Shown one piece after another: positions 43,598 through 52,692 of a stretch of DNA of 64,000 bases; position 1 is the stretch's first letter; the number at the start of each line of letters is the position of its first letter. A program made the translations under genes and the position numbers. Source of the stretch: Synergistaceae bacterium (GTDB taxonomy: Bacteria; Synergistota; Synergistia; Synergistales; Aminobacteriaceae); NCBI GenBank assembly GCA_031277095.1, contig JAISLU010000023.1, forward strand, positions 5-64,004, read 5' to 3'. Below the pieces are notes generated by a model that saw nothing but the letters and a program-made list of their open reading frames with translations, was not told where the DNA came from and ran no database searches.

Positions 43598-43644
43598 CCT
43601 TCGAGGCGCCGTTAAGAACAAAATAATTTTCGTAAAAGGAGGGG

Positions 43645-43905
43645 TTGAAATTGAGTGAGTTGAAAGAAATGATGCAGACAGAAATGATTTTGAACACAAG
43701 CATACTGCCGGAGCCTCTGATCGGGCTCATTCATGCCCCTCAAATGAAAGTGCAAAAAACAACAAACGGAGGAATCCTTCTGATCCCTCTAAAAAATTCT
43801 TTTGATTGTACAGCAAAAGTGCGCGGTATGTTGGCGGGAAGTAGATATATGTCAGTGGATAAGTTTTTAGAGAGAAAACGCGCCGACATGGAGTTGGAAC
43901 GTTGA
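43645..43905 (+). CDS. Putative antitoxin (VapB-like) of the downstream PIN toxin
   Basis: Small ORF ending in a TTGA overlap with the PIN gene. AGGAGGGG RBS. Start ambiguous (TTG 43645/43651 or ATG 43669). Confidence 0.55.
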   Translation: MKLSELKEMMQTEMILNTSILPEPLIGLIHAPQMKVQKTTNGGILLIPLKNSFDCTAKVRGMLAGSRYMSVDKFLERKRADMELER

Positions 43906-44318
43906 GCAGCCAATATATTTTAGACGCCTGTGCCCTTATCGCTTTACTGATGAATGAAACCGGTGCTGATGAAGTATCTGCTATGTTCAATCAGGCTTAC
44001 AGAAGGGAAATGAAGATCTCTATGAACAAGTTGAACCTTTTGGAAGTCTATTACGATACGTACCGCTCGCATGGGAAAGAAACAGCTGATATTATGTTTG
44101 TCGCCGTTAAAGAACTGCCTATTATGGTTATTTCCGATATGACCGACAACGTATTTGCTGAAGCCGGCCGACTAAAGGCAACGTATAGAATATCCTTGGC
44201 GGATGCGGTTGCTTTGGCCTCAACGTCCGTTTCGGGGGGGATGCTCGTGACAGCTGATCATCACGAATTTGACGTAATCGAACAAAAAGAAAAAATTCAA
44301 TTTTATTGGATACGTTAA
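43902..44318 (+). CDS. vapC: PIN-domain ribonuclease toxin
   Basis: MSSQYILDACALIALL (first acidic residue), LLEVYY, SLADAVALA and TADHHEF match the PIN acidic quartet layout. 138 aa. Confidence 0.8.
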   Translation: MSSQYILDACALIALLMNETGADEVSAMFNQAYRREMKISMNKLNLLEVYYDTYRSHGKETADIMFVAVKELPIMVISDMTDNVFAEAGRLKATYRISLADAVALASTSVSGGMLVTADHHEFDVIEQKEKIQFYWIR

Positions 44319-44416
44319 TGGTGTACGCGGAAGGCGCAGTACCGATTTATGAACTACGCGAGACACGTAGAAAAGCAAAGCACTGAACGTGTAGAGAGGA
44401 AACTTTAAAAATCGAA

Positions 44417-45715
44417 ATGTCGGATACTGTCATCAAAATCGAGAATCTGGGCAAGAAATACATGCTGGCCCATAAGCAGCCTCAAAAGTACATCGCGCTC
44501 CGCGACGTCTTGGTGGATCGTGTAAAGCGCTTGGGCCGCCGATGGATGCGCCCTTTTTCGGAAGGTGAAGCGAAAGTGTCGGGAACCGAGGAGTTTTGGG
44601 CGCTTTCCGATATTTCTTTCAACGTGAAGCAGGGCGAGCGGTTGGGCATCATCGGTCGCAACGGCGCGGGCAAATCCACGCTGCTCAAGATCCTCTCCCG
44701 CATCACGGAGCCGACAACGGGGCGCGTGTCCATCAAGGGCCGCATAGCGAGCCTTCTGGAGGTGGGAACGGGTTTCCACCCCGAGCTGACAGGCCGCGAA
44801 AACATCTACCTGAACGGCGCGATTCTGGGCATGAGCAAGGCCGAGATTCGGAAAAACTTCGACGCCATTGTGGACTTCGCCGGGGTGGAACAGTTTCTGG
44901 ACACGCCGGTGAAGCATTATTCCAGCGGCATGTACGTCCGCCTCGCCTTCGCCGTAGCCGCGCACCTCGACACCGAAATCCTCCTGATCGACGAGGTCCT
45001 GGCCGTAGGCGACGCCGAGTTCCAGAAAAGGTGCATGGGCAAAATGGACGAGGTCAGCCACAAGCAAGGCCGGACGATTTTGTTTGTGAGCCACAATATG
45101 GGAATGATAATGTCGCTTTGCGAGAGTGGAGTGTGTCTGGAGCGCGGAAAAATTCTCTATCGCGGAACAGCGTCTTCCCTCGTAACAAAATATGCGAAGA
45201 TGAACGCGGAAGGTGCCGCGTGTGCCGCCGAGTTTTCTCCAGGGCAATACGGCAATGACACTGCCGAGTTGCTTGGCGCTTCGATAGAAAAAGAGACAGA
45301 ACAATTATCGGAAAAATTCTCTGTTACCGAAACGATTCTTTTGAAAATGAAGTATCGGGTCCTGAAGGAAAATATTTCTCTCACTGCGCATTTTCATTTA
45401 TATGACTCTACGGGACAATGTGTCTTTGTTGCGGGCGATACTGGATTTGATTACGCCGGAGCGAAGAAAAGCGTTCCGGGAATCTATATCACTTCTTTTG
45501 AAATTCCCGGAAATTTTCTCAACGATGGAACATATTTTTTAAGTTTCGCGTTAATTACGCCTTCCAGCGCGACTATCCATTTTTTTGCCGATAACGTAAT
45601 GCATTTTGTTGTTCTTGACGATATGGCGAACACGCCGACCAGAGGGCTTTATCGAGGCCCTCACAAAGGCGCCGTCAGGCCGCTATTAAAATCTGGCATT
45701 CAGAAAATTTCTTGA
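44417..45715 (+). CDS. wzt: Polysaccharide export ABC ATP-binding protein with a C-terminal glycan-binding-type domain
   Basis: [25 protein letters not shown] and LLIDEVLAVGD motifs. The ~170-aa C-terminal beta-rich domain (Wzt_C-like) has markedly lower GC. Confidence 0.85.
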   Translation: MSDTVIKIENLGKKYMLAHKQPQKYIALRDVLVDRVKRLGRRWMRPFSEGEAKVSGTEEFWALSDISFNVKQGERLGIIGRNGAGKSTLLKILSRITEPTTGRVSIKGRIASLLEVGTGFHPELTGRENIYLNGAILGMSKAEIRKNFDAIVDFAGVEQFLDTPVKHYSSGMYVRLAFAVAAHLDTEILLIDEVLAVGDAEFQKRCMGKMDEVSHKQGRTILFVSHNMGMIMSLCESGVCLERGKILYRGTASSLVTKYAKMNAEGAACAAEFSPGQYGNDTAELLGASIEKETEQLSEKFSVTETILLKMKYRVLKENISLTAHFHLYDSTGQCVFVAGDTGFDYAGAKKSVPGIYITSFEIPGNFLNDGTYFLSFALITPSSATIHFFADNVMHFVVLDDMANTPTRGLYRGPHKGAVRPLLKSGIQKIS

Positions 45716-45731
45716 AAAGGTCGGGATTCTC

Positions 45732-46631
45732 GTGAATAAGACGACTGTAATCGCTGAAATCGGGTGTAACCACATGGGGCAAATGCGGATAGCGTTGGAG
45801 ATGATAGATGTTCTTTCTATTTACTGTAAAGTCGATGCCGTGAAATTCCAGAAGCGTACTGTCAAAGAACTGCTCTCGCCGTCAGAGTATTCCGCGCCCC
45901 ACCCGAACCCGGCAAACAGTTACGGAATGACCTACGGGGAGCACAGGGAATTCTTGGAATTCGGCATGGAACATCATGCGGAACTGAAAAAATACGCGGA
46001 ATCGAAGGGCCTTATATATTCAAGCTCTGTGTGGGATTTGACCGCCGCTAAAGAAATAGCGTCTCTGAAGCCGGTTTTTATAAAAATACCGTCGGCCAGT
46101 AATCTAAACTTCGAAATTTACGACTATCTTTGTGAAAATTTTTCCGGGGAAATACACATTTCTCTGGGAATGACCACGCACGTCGAGGAAGAACGCATTG
46201 TCGATTATTTTGTTTCCAAGGGCAGAAACAAGGATCTGGTTTTATACTCTTGCACATCCGGCTATCCTGTACCGTTTGACGATATTTGCCTTTTAGAAAT
46301 CGTCAGGTTGAAGGAGAAATACGAAGATACCGTCAAGGCGATAGGATTTTCGGGCCATCATCTGGGCATTGCCGCTGACGTCGCGGCAATGGCGTTGGGC
46401 GCGACCTACTTTGAGAGGCATTTTACATTTGACAGAACATGGAAAGGCACCGACCACGCAGCCAGCTTGGAACCTGACGGCATACGCAAGCTGAAAAGAG
46501 ATCTCGCCAATGTGGACAAAGCTCTGAGATATAAAAAAAAGGAGATACTCGATATAGAAGAAGAGCAGCGTAAAAAATTGAAGAGAAAGCTTGAAAAAAC
46601 CTCTGAAAACTCTTCTTCAGAAAGAATTTAG
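45732..46631 (+). CDS. NeuB-family nonulosonic (sialic-like) acid synthase lacking the C-terminal SAF domain
   Basis: VIAEIGCNHMGQMRIALEMI...VDAVKFQKR...IKIPSASN...GFSGHHLG...FERHFT. Ends in a Lys-rich tail instead of SAF. Confidence 0.75.
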   Translation: MNKTTVIAEIGCNHMGQMRIALEMIDVLSIYCKVDAVKFQKRTVKELLSPSEYSAPHPNPANSYGMTYGEHREFLEFGMEHHAELKKYAESKGLIYSSSVWDLTAAKEIASLKPVFIKIPSASNLNFEIYDYLCENFSGEIHISLGMTTHVEEERIVDYFVSKGRNKDLVLYSCTSGYPVPFDDICLLEIVRLKEKYEDTVKAIGFSGHHLGIAADVAAMALGATYFERHFTFDRTWKGTDHAASLEPDGIRKLKRDLANVDKALRYKKKEILDIEEEQRKKLKRKLEKTSENSSSERI

Positions 46632-46799
46632 CCTTATAAATTCCGGCATTCGCCAAAATAGTACCCGGCAAAAATGGAATTTCTAGAGATTCCCTCGAGA
46701 AAATATTGTTATGATTGAAATTCATGATTGCCGTCTTGTGAAAATTCGCGTATGCCTACAATAACTTCCCCAAAATACACTGATTGGAGGAGAATCTGT

Positions 46800-47681
46800 A
46801 TGAAATGTTTGTGTTGTAACAGTTCTGAATTAGAAGCATTGCATATTATAGATGAATCTTTCGGTAAGCCTTTAATACAATGTAAGGAATGTGCGCATAT
46901 CCAATTAGAAATTTTCCCTGACGCAGAAGAATTGAATACATATTATGAAACGACCTATAGTGAATCTCGCAACATGACTACGACAGAGAGAGCTTTTTGG
47001 AAACATTATGAAGAGAGGGCAATCTCTCAGCTTGATTATATAAGCGGATTCTTAGATGTAAAAGATAAAGTAAAATCTGTCTGTGATTTAGGTTGTGCTT
47101 ATGGAGTATTTTTGCAGAAATGTTCGATGTATGTACAGAATGTCAGTGGGTATGAATTAGATCCGCTATGCGTTGAATATTGCAAAAAACAAGGGTTAAA
47201 CGTAAGCGTTATCAATGATTACTATAGTGGGAATACTCACTTCGACCTTACGGCTATGAGTCATTTTTTAGAACATATTCCCGATATTTTCAATTTACTA
47301 ACGCTGTTGAATAACCGCACTCGCTATTTATTTATAGAGATACCTGCCACAGACAAAGTATATCCTTTTGGTAATCTGGGACATGTTCATTTTTTCAATG
47401 AAAAAAGTATTTTTAAGGCTATACAATCTTCAGGGTTTGAAATTATTAATATCAGCAGATGGGGTCCTTCGTTTAATGAATATTATCCTCATTACCGTAT
47501 CAAAAAAATCATTCGACGTTATAACCTTTTATATAACTGTTGTACGTATTTACGTGAGAAATGGCAATTTTTTAAAAACGGTATTTCCCTCTTTCGCGAG
47601 GATGCTATAACTGTTCAAAGGGAGGGTATCGTAAAGAATAAACACGGTATCTGGATACGAATTCTTGCCGTAGCAAGATAG
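46800..47681 (+). CDS. Class I SAM-dependent methyltransferase with an N-terminal Cys4 zinc ribbon
   Basis: MKCLCCNSSEL...CKECAH, VCDLGCAYG (motif I), and LTAMSHFLEHIPD. ATG 46800 follows GGAGGAG. Confidence 0.7.
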   Translation: MKCLCCNSSELEALHIIDESFGKPLIQCKECAHIQLEIFPDAEELNTYYETTYSESRNMTTTERAFWKHYEERAISQLDYISGFLDVKDKVKSVCDLGCAYGVFLQKCSMYVQNVSGYELDPLCVEYCKKQGLNVSVINDYYSGNTHFDLTAMSHFLEHIPDIFNLLTLLNNRTRYLFIEIPATDKVYPFGNLGHVHFFNEKSIFKAIQSSGFEIINISRWGPSFNEYYPHYRIKKIIRRYNLLYNCCTYLREKWQFFKNGISLFREDAITVQREGIVKNKHGIWIRILAVAR

Positions 47682-47762
47682 AGCTATAATTTTATAATTT
47701 TGGTCTCTTTGATTGTCCTTATAATATTTTAAAAAACGCTTGTTGGGACTTGAGGTGCTGTT

Positions 47763-48908
47763 ATGAAAGAAATTGTCTCATGCTTGATTCCCCTCCGGGG
47801 AGGGAGTAAATCAATTTTATTAAAAAATATAAAACTTATCGCTGGCAAGCCTCTCTGTTTTTGGGTGATAGATGCGGCCACAAGGTCATGCCTGTTCGAT
47901 AAAATTTATGTGTCCACAGACAGCCTCCATATTGAAGATGTGGTTCAGAGTTTAAATATTCCTGGGGTTGAAATTGTGAAAAGGCCTGATATCTATGCCT
48001 CAGATACATCATCGACCGAAGAAGTAATTTTACACCTGACGCGATTGAAGAATTTCGATACCCTTTTCACGATACAGGCAACATCTCCTTTGACCGGGCC
48101 CGAAGATCTCCGCGGCGCGTATAAAGTATTCAAAGAAGGCCGCTTTGACAGCCTATTGACAGGCGTCTCAAGTAAACGCTTTTTTTGGTCTCATGACGGG
48201 ATTCCATTGAATTACGACTATAAAGAACGCCCGTTAAGGCAAGATTTTCATGGATGTGTTATGGAAAATGGAGCTTTTTATATTACCAAAAAAGAAATAT
48301 TGCTAACGCATCGTAACAGACTGGGAGGGAAAATAGCCGTATATTCAATGCCGAAAGATACGGCTGTTGAAATCGACGAACCCGAAGATTGGGCGATTGT
48401 GGAGCAGCTCCTAAAAAAACGTTCTTCACAAAATTTGGGACACATTAAAATGCTGATTACGGATGTGGACGGCGTGTTGACGGACTCTGGAATGTACTAT
48501 TCTTCGAATGGAGATGAATTTAAGAAATTCAACACCCGTGACGGGAAAGCTATGGAATTGTTAAAAAACGCGGGCATCGAGATAGCTGTGGTAACTTCTG
48601 AAGATACTCAAATAGTCTCTAACAGAGCAAAAAAACTGCGTGTAGAGTATCTGTTTCAGAATGTGCAAGATAAATACGACATTTTGCAGCGGGTCGAATC
48701 TTTATCCGGAATTTCCAGAACTGAAATGGCCTATATTGGAGACGACCTCAACGACGAAAAAATAATAGACGCTGTCGGCTATTCCTATGCGCCCGCGGAC
48801 GCAGTCCACATTATAAAAATCAAAGTATCCCATGTTCTGAATTCCAAAGGCGGCGCAGGGGCTTTTCGTGAAGCTGCGGAACATATTTTGGAAAATCGGA
48901 AGGTGTAG
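47763..48908 (+). CDS. Fusion: CMP-nonulosonate synthetase (NeuA-type cytidylyltransferase) plus HAD-IIIA KdsC-like phosphatase
   Basis: The N-terminus has IPLRGGSKSILLKNI...IQATSPL (CTP_transf_3). The C-terminus has ITDVDGVLTD...VVTSE...IGDDLNDE, so the HAD motifs I-IV are intact. Confidence 0.8.
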   Translation: MKEIVSCLIPLRGGSKSILLKNIKLIAGKPLCFWVIDAATRSCLFDKIYVSTDSLHIEDVVQSLNIPGVEIVKRPDIYASDTSSTEEVILHLTRLKNFDTLFTIQATSPLTGPEDLRGAYKVFKEGRFDSLLTGVSSKRFFWSHDGIPLNYDYKERPLRQDFHGCVMENGAFYITKKEILLTHRNRLGGKIAVYSMPKDTAVEIDEPEDWAIVEQLLKKRSSQNLGHIKMLITDVDGVLTDSGMYYSSNGDEFKKFNTRDGKAMELLKNAGIEIAVVTSEDTQIVSNRAKKLRVEYLFQNVQDKYDILQRVESLSGISRTEMAYIGDDLNDEKIIDAVGYSYAPADAVHIIKIKVSHVLNSKGGAGAFREAAEHILENRKV

Positions 48909-48914
48909 CGTATT

Positions 48915-49769
48915 TTGTTCATGATCAGGCATATTGCTCAAAAATACTTGCCGCCCATTCTGACCGAAGGTTTGCGGAGTTTAAAAAAACAAAAAAATCT
49001 TTGGGCGAATAGAAGACTGCTCGCTAAAAATCAGGAAATTGAAGGCAGTTTTGCTGGAGAAGACTGCTTTATTCTGGCTTCCGGTCCTTCTATAGCCAGG
49101 CAGGATTTAACAGCACTGAAAGACTGCCGTTGTATATCCGTAAATAATTTTTTTGTCCATCCTGACTTCAAGACAGTAAAGCCGGTATTCCACTGCATAG
49201 CGCCGTATCATCCGCCAATTTCCGAAAATACCTGGCGTAACTGGATGTTTGATCTTAAAAATCACTTGGATCACCATACGTCCGTCGTCTTTGGCGTGAA
49301 AGATTTCAAAAGGAGCGACGAATATTTCAAGGATTTTAAACGATATTATCTCAGCTTCGACGCCAGCGTAAATTATATCGATAAAAACGGCGTGAATTTG
49401 ACGGGAGCGTTATTGTCACCCTACTCCGTTACCGTCCAGGCTATACAATTGGCGTTAGGGTCAGGTTTTGCGAGAATATTTCTGCTCGGCTTCGACCACG
49501 ACGGGATATTGCATCATGGAAAAAGCAGTCATTTCTATAATGAGGAGAAAGACGTAAAAGTCAGAGACGGGTACTCGGAGTGGGATAAATCAATGGTCAA
49601 GGATATCGGCACTCAGTTTGAAGCATTAGCTGAATTATGGAAACAATACAGGCTGCTGAAGAAAGTTGCGGAGCGCCGCGGCGTGAAGATAATCAATCTC
49701 ACCGAAGGCGGTTTGCTGGACGTTTTTGAACGAGGGAATTTTCTCGAAACGCATATTGTCAAACGATAA
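48915..49769 (+). CDS. Hypothetical protein, possible nonulosonate transferase (DUF115/MptE-like or GT42-like Rossmann motif)
   Basis: CFILASGPSIARQDL...CISVNNFF resembles the GNGPS...RCNxF motif of Maf/Cst-type enzymes. Context lies between the NeuA-like gene and a methyltransferase gene. Confidence 0.35.
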   Translation: MFMIRHIAQKYLPPILTEGLRSLKKQKNLWANRRLLAKNQEIEGSFAGEDCFILASGPSIARQDLTALKDCRCISVNNFFVHPDFKTVKPVFHCIAPYHPPISENTWRNWMFDLKNHLDHHTSVVFGVKDFKRSDEYFKDFKRYYLSFDASVNYIDKNGVNLTGALLSPYSVTVQAIQLALGSGFARIFLLGFDHDGILHHGKSSHFYNEEKDVKVRDGYSEWDKSMVKDIGTQFEALAELWKQYRLLKKVAERRGVKIINLTEGGLLDVFERGNFLETHIVKR

Positions 49770-49878
49770 AATCAATAGTTATCGTAGAAAACCGGAAATA
49801 ATAACTGATATTGCATGTGAGATTTAGATAAGCAAGGGTGATGTTGTCACGGGTGCGTTTGATTGGAGGACGGTCAAG

Positions 49879-50712
49879 GTGGGTAGTTTAACTAATAAAA
49901 TTTATGGAAAGGTTTATAATGCATATAAAAAAATTCAGGAAACATACTCATATTGGAGTTACCGCCAAAATAACCCTGCTATTTCTCCAGAAAACAAACT
50001 CTTACTTAACGTTGGTGCCGGAAACTGGAAGTGTCTTGGGTGGCTTAATTTAGATTTTCCTTCTGAATGGTATAAATCAGCCCAAGAGAAAAATAATTTT
50101 ATAGCATACGATATTCGGAGCGATAAAATACCCTTTGAAAGCAATTCTGTTGATGCCATTTATTGTTCTCATGTTATAGAGCATATTGAGAATGAATTTG
50201 TAAAGAACATGTTTGCGGAGTGTTATAGGGTATTAAAAAAGGACTCAGTTTTTAGAATAGCGTGCCCTGATGCCGAATTCCTCTATAATATTTCGCAATT
50301 TCGATCAGATTACTGGGAATGGAGGAAATATGACTGGTTTAAATCAGACCTATTTAATAAAAAGCTGATACCACGAGAAGTAGATTTCTTGGTTAGAGAT
50401 ATTGCAACACCGAAGTTGCTGGGTTATAAATTTTCAATCAGTCAAGAAGAGTATCTTGAACAATTTAATTCTATGCCAATGAACGATTTCTTTGATTTCT
50501 TGACATCTGACTTAAATTTCAGACAAGAATGCCCTGGGGATCACATTAATTATTGGACATACGAAAAAATGCGTCATTTCCTTCAGGGGGCTGGGTTTGA
50601 AAACGTTGTCAAGTCAAAATACATGGGTAGTTGTTGTTGTGAAATGACCATTCGCTGCAAATTTGATTTGACATACCCTGGGATGACTCTCTACGTAGAA
50701 GCACTAAAATAA
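49879..50712 (+). CDS. Class I SAM-dependent methyltransferase
   Basis: LNVGAGNW (motif I) and VDAIYCSHVIEHIEN...VLKKDSVFRIACPD. GTG start lies 9 nt after GGAGG. Confidence 0.7.
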   Translation: MGSLTNKIYGKVYNAYKKIQETYSYWSYRQNNPAISPENKLLLNVGAGNWKCLGWLNLDFPSEWYKSAQEKNNFIAYDIRSDKIPFESNSVDAIYCSHVIEHIENEFVKNMFAECYRVLKKDSVFRIACPDAEFLYNISQFRSDYWEWRKYDWFKSDLFNKKLIPREVDFLVRDIATPKLLGYKFSISQEEYLEQFNSMPMNDFFDFLTSDLNFRQECPGDHINYWTYEKMRHFLQGAGFENVVKSKYMGSCCCEMTIRCKFDLTYPGMTLYVEALK

Positions 50713-50852
50713 GAAAGATCCATTCACACCCCTTGGAGAGAATGAATGTTTACGGCCTTTCTGTCAAAGGCGTTAACGAGATACTTTTTTCAGCAAAGAA
50801 AAAACGGCGATTTTGGAAGAGTCCAAGAGGAATTGCAGAAAAAAAGATCGGG

Positions 50853-51083
50853 ATGACAGTAGCAGAGCATCAGGACATTCATAGCACCACCGCAGAACTT
50901 TCCGATGCTGCACTGGAGAAATTTGCCCGTTACATTGATTTCCTGCGTTACGAGGAGCGCATGGATGAGCTGGAGGACGAAGAGGATATCGCGTATATTG
51001 AGGCGCATAAAGATGAGGGTCCCAATGTCCCCTTAAGTGTTGTTATCGCCGAATATGAGGCGAAATATGACCCACTTGGTTGA
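50853..51083 (+). CDS. Putative antitoxin (DUF2281/RelB-like)
   Basis: MTVAEHQDIHSTTAELSDAALEKFARYIDFLRYEE...EDIAYIEAHKDEG. The 3' end overlaps the ATG of the RelE-like gene. Confidence 0.5.
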   Translation: MTVAEHQDIHSTTAELSDAALEKFARYIDFLRYEERMDELEDEEDIAYIEAHKDEGPNVPLSVVIAEYEAKYDPLG

Positions 51084-51377
51084 ATTTAAGCTCGCGTTGA
51101 CAAGGAGATTGAGGCGTTGCCCCGAGAGGCGCAGGCGCGTATAGTTAACGCGGTAACGACGTTTTCCGAGAACTCGTGCCCTGCCGGTTGCAAGAAACTG
51201 AAAGGCCAGGACGCGTGGCGTATTCGTATCGGCGACTACCGGGTAATCATCGATGAGATCCGTGATGACGCGCTTATTGTCTTGGTGGTGAGGGGCGCGC
51301 ACCGGCAAGAAACCTATAAGGCTTGCATTTTTGAAGAGGAGCAAAGTTCTTATATCGATAAAAATTATGAAGAATAA
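51067..51377 (+). pseudogene. relE: RelE/ParE-family toxin gene, apparently disrupted by a 1-nt frameshift after codon ~8
   Basis: ATG 51067 gives MTHLVEFK. The conserved remainder ARVDKEIEALPREAQARIVNAV...GCKKLKGQDAWRIRIGDYRVIIDEIRDDALIVLVVRGAHR lies in another frame, which has a stop at 51087-51089. Confidence 0.55.
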
Positions 51378-51390
51378 AGAGGTACGGGCT

Positions 51391-52224
51391 ATGAATTTAT
51401 TTAAGAAGATACAAAACCGTGTTATGCGTTTCAAAGCGGGATGGAATGCGCGAGTTACGTATTCTTCGTACAAAGATGCGCTCGCTGCGTGCCAATTAGG
51501 TTATGAGGATTATGAAATAATTTCCGTAGTCGCTAAAAAAACTCGGCATTTCATTAAAGCTCTTGAGACCATGCCTCAAATCGACTCGGCCTCAGTCTGC
51601 GGAATGTATAGTTTACTTTACTGCCTTTTCAAGAAACACAAAGATTCACCTTATGCTTTTTCCGTCCTTGATGTTGGAGGAGCTTGTGGTGCAAACTATT
51701 TTCGCATTAAGGCACTTCTCGGCAATGAAGTCAAATGGCGCTGGCATGTGGTGGAGACACCGTCAATGACGGAAGCGGGAAAGCTCTTTACCACCAGCGA
51801 TGAACTCTCTTTTTTCCCCGCACACGATATAGAGAAAGCTCAAAAATTGCTAAACGGCATTGACATGATTTACTTGTCTGGGTCTTTACAATATATGGAA
51901 GATCCTATTGCGTGTCTTAAAAACCTCCTAAGTTACGAAGCAGAGTATATCTACATCGGAAGACTGCCTTTACGAGAGAGAGAGAGAATTATTACTGTCC
52001 AGAAACATCTGCTCAGCGACAACGGCATAGGCGCATTACCTGAAGGGTTCAAGGACAAATGGAAAGCTTACCCCGTAACTTTTGTTTCCAAAAGGGAATT
52101 AATGGATGTTTTGTCAAAAAAATATGATGTTATCAATGAATTTCATGACAATTCCGGAGCAGTGGCGTTTTGGAATGTTCGAAGCGGAGGCTTTCTTGTA
52201 AAAAAACGTTCGAAAGCCGAGTAA
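51391..52224 (+). CDS. Putative SAM-dependent methyltransferase (LIC12133-like family seen in O-antigen clusters)
   Basis: VLDVGGACG (motif I), IYLSGSLQYMEDP. ATG 51391 follows AAAGAGG. Confidence 0.5.
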   Translation: MNLFKKIQNRVMRFKAGWNARVTYSSYKDALAACQLGYEDYEIISVVAKKTRHFIKALETMPQIDSASVCGMYSLLYCLFKKHKDSPYAFSVLDVGGACGANYFRIKALLGNEVKWRWHVVETPSMTEAGKLFTTSDELSFFPAHDIEKAQKLLNGIDMIYLSGSLQYMEDPIACLKNLLSYEAEYIYIGRLPLRERERIITVQKHLLSDNGIGALPEGFKDKWKAYPVTFVSKRELMDVLSKKYDVINEFHDNSGAVAFWNVRSGGFLVKKRSKAE

Positions 52225-52239
52225 TCTGCAGATTGGGAG

Positions 52240-52683
52240 ATGTTTGTGATGCTTGAAACTATCACTTTGCAAGGGCGAATCTTTGCTGTTGTCATGCGGG
52301 CAAACTATTCGGCATCAGGGATCTATTTTTTCACCCCTCCCGATTTTTCTCAGCAGCTTGCCTATATGCAACACCCGAGGGGCAAGATCATCGAGCCTCA
52401 TATTCATAACCCTGTCTCGCGCGAAGTTCACTATACGCAGGAGGTTTTGTTCATCCGTAAAGGACGACTGCGAGTCGATTTTTATGACGAAAGCCATAAT
52501 TACCTTGAGAGCCGTGTACTTGGCGCGGGAGATGTTATACTTTTGGCCAGTGGCGGGCATGGATTCGAAGTCTTGGAAGAAATTGAGATGATAGAAGTCA
52601 AACAAGGCCCCTATGCCGGAGACGCCGACAAAACTAAATTTTCAAGTGTCAGCGCCTCTCAAATTATATTCCCTGAAAAGTGA
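52240..52683 (+). CDS. Cupin-domain protein (WxcM/WbuC-like; candidate sugar-nucleotide isomerase or epimerase)
   Basis: PHIHNPVSREVHYTQEVLFIRKGRLRVDFYD...GGHGFEVLEE double-stranded beta-helix signature. Start ambiguous (52240/52246/52249). Confidence 0.5.
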   Translation: MFVMLETITLQGRIFAVVMRANYSASGIYFFTPPDFSQQLAYMQHPRGKIIEPHIHNPVSREVHYTQEVLFIRKGRLRVDFYDESHNYLESRVLGAGDVILLASGGHGFEVLEEIEMIEVKQGPYAGDADKTKFSSVSASQIIFPEK

Positions 52684-52692
52684 GGTACGGCT

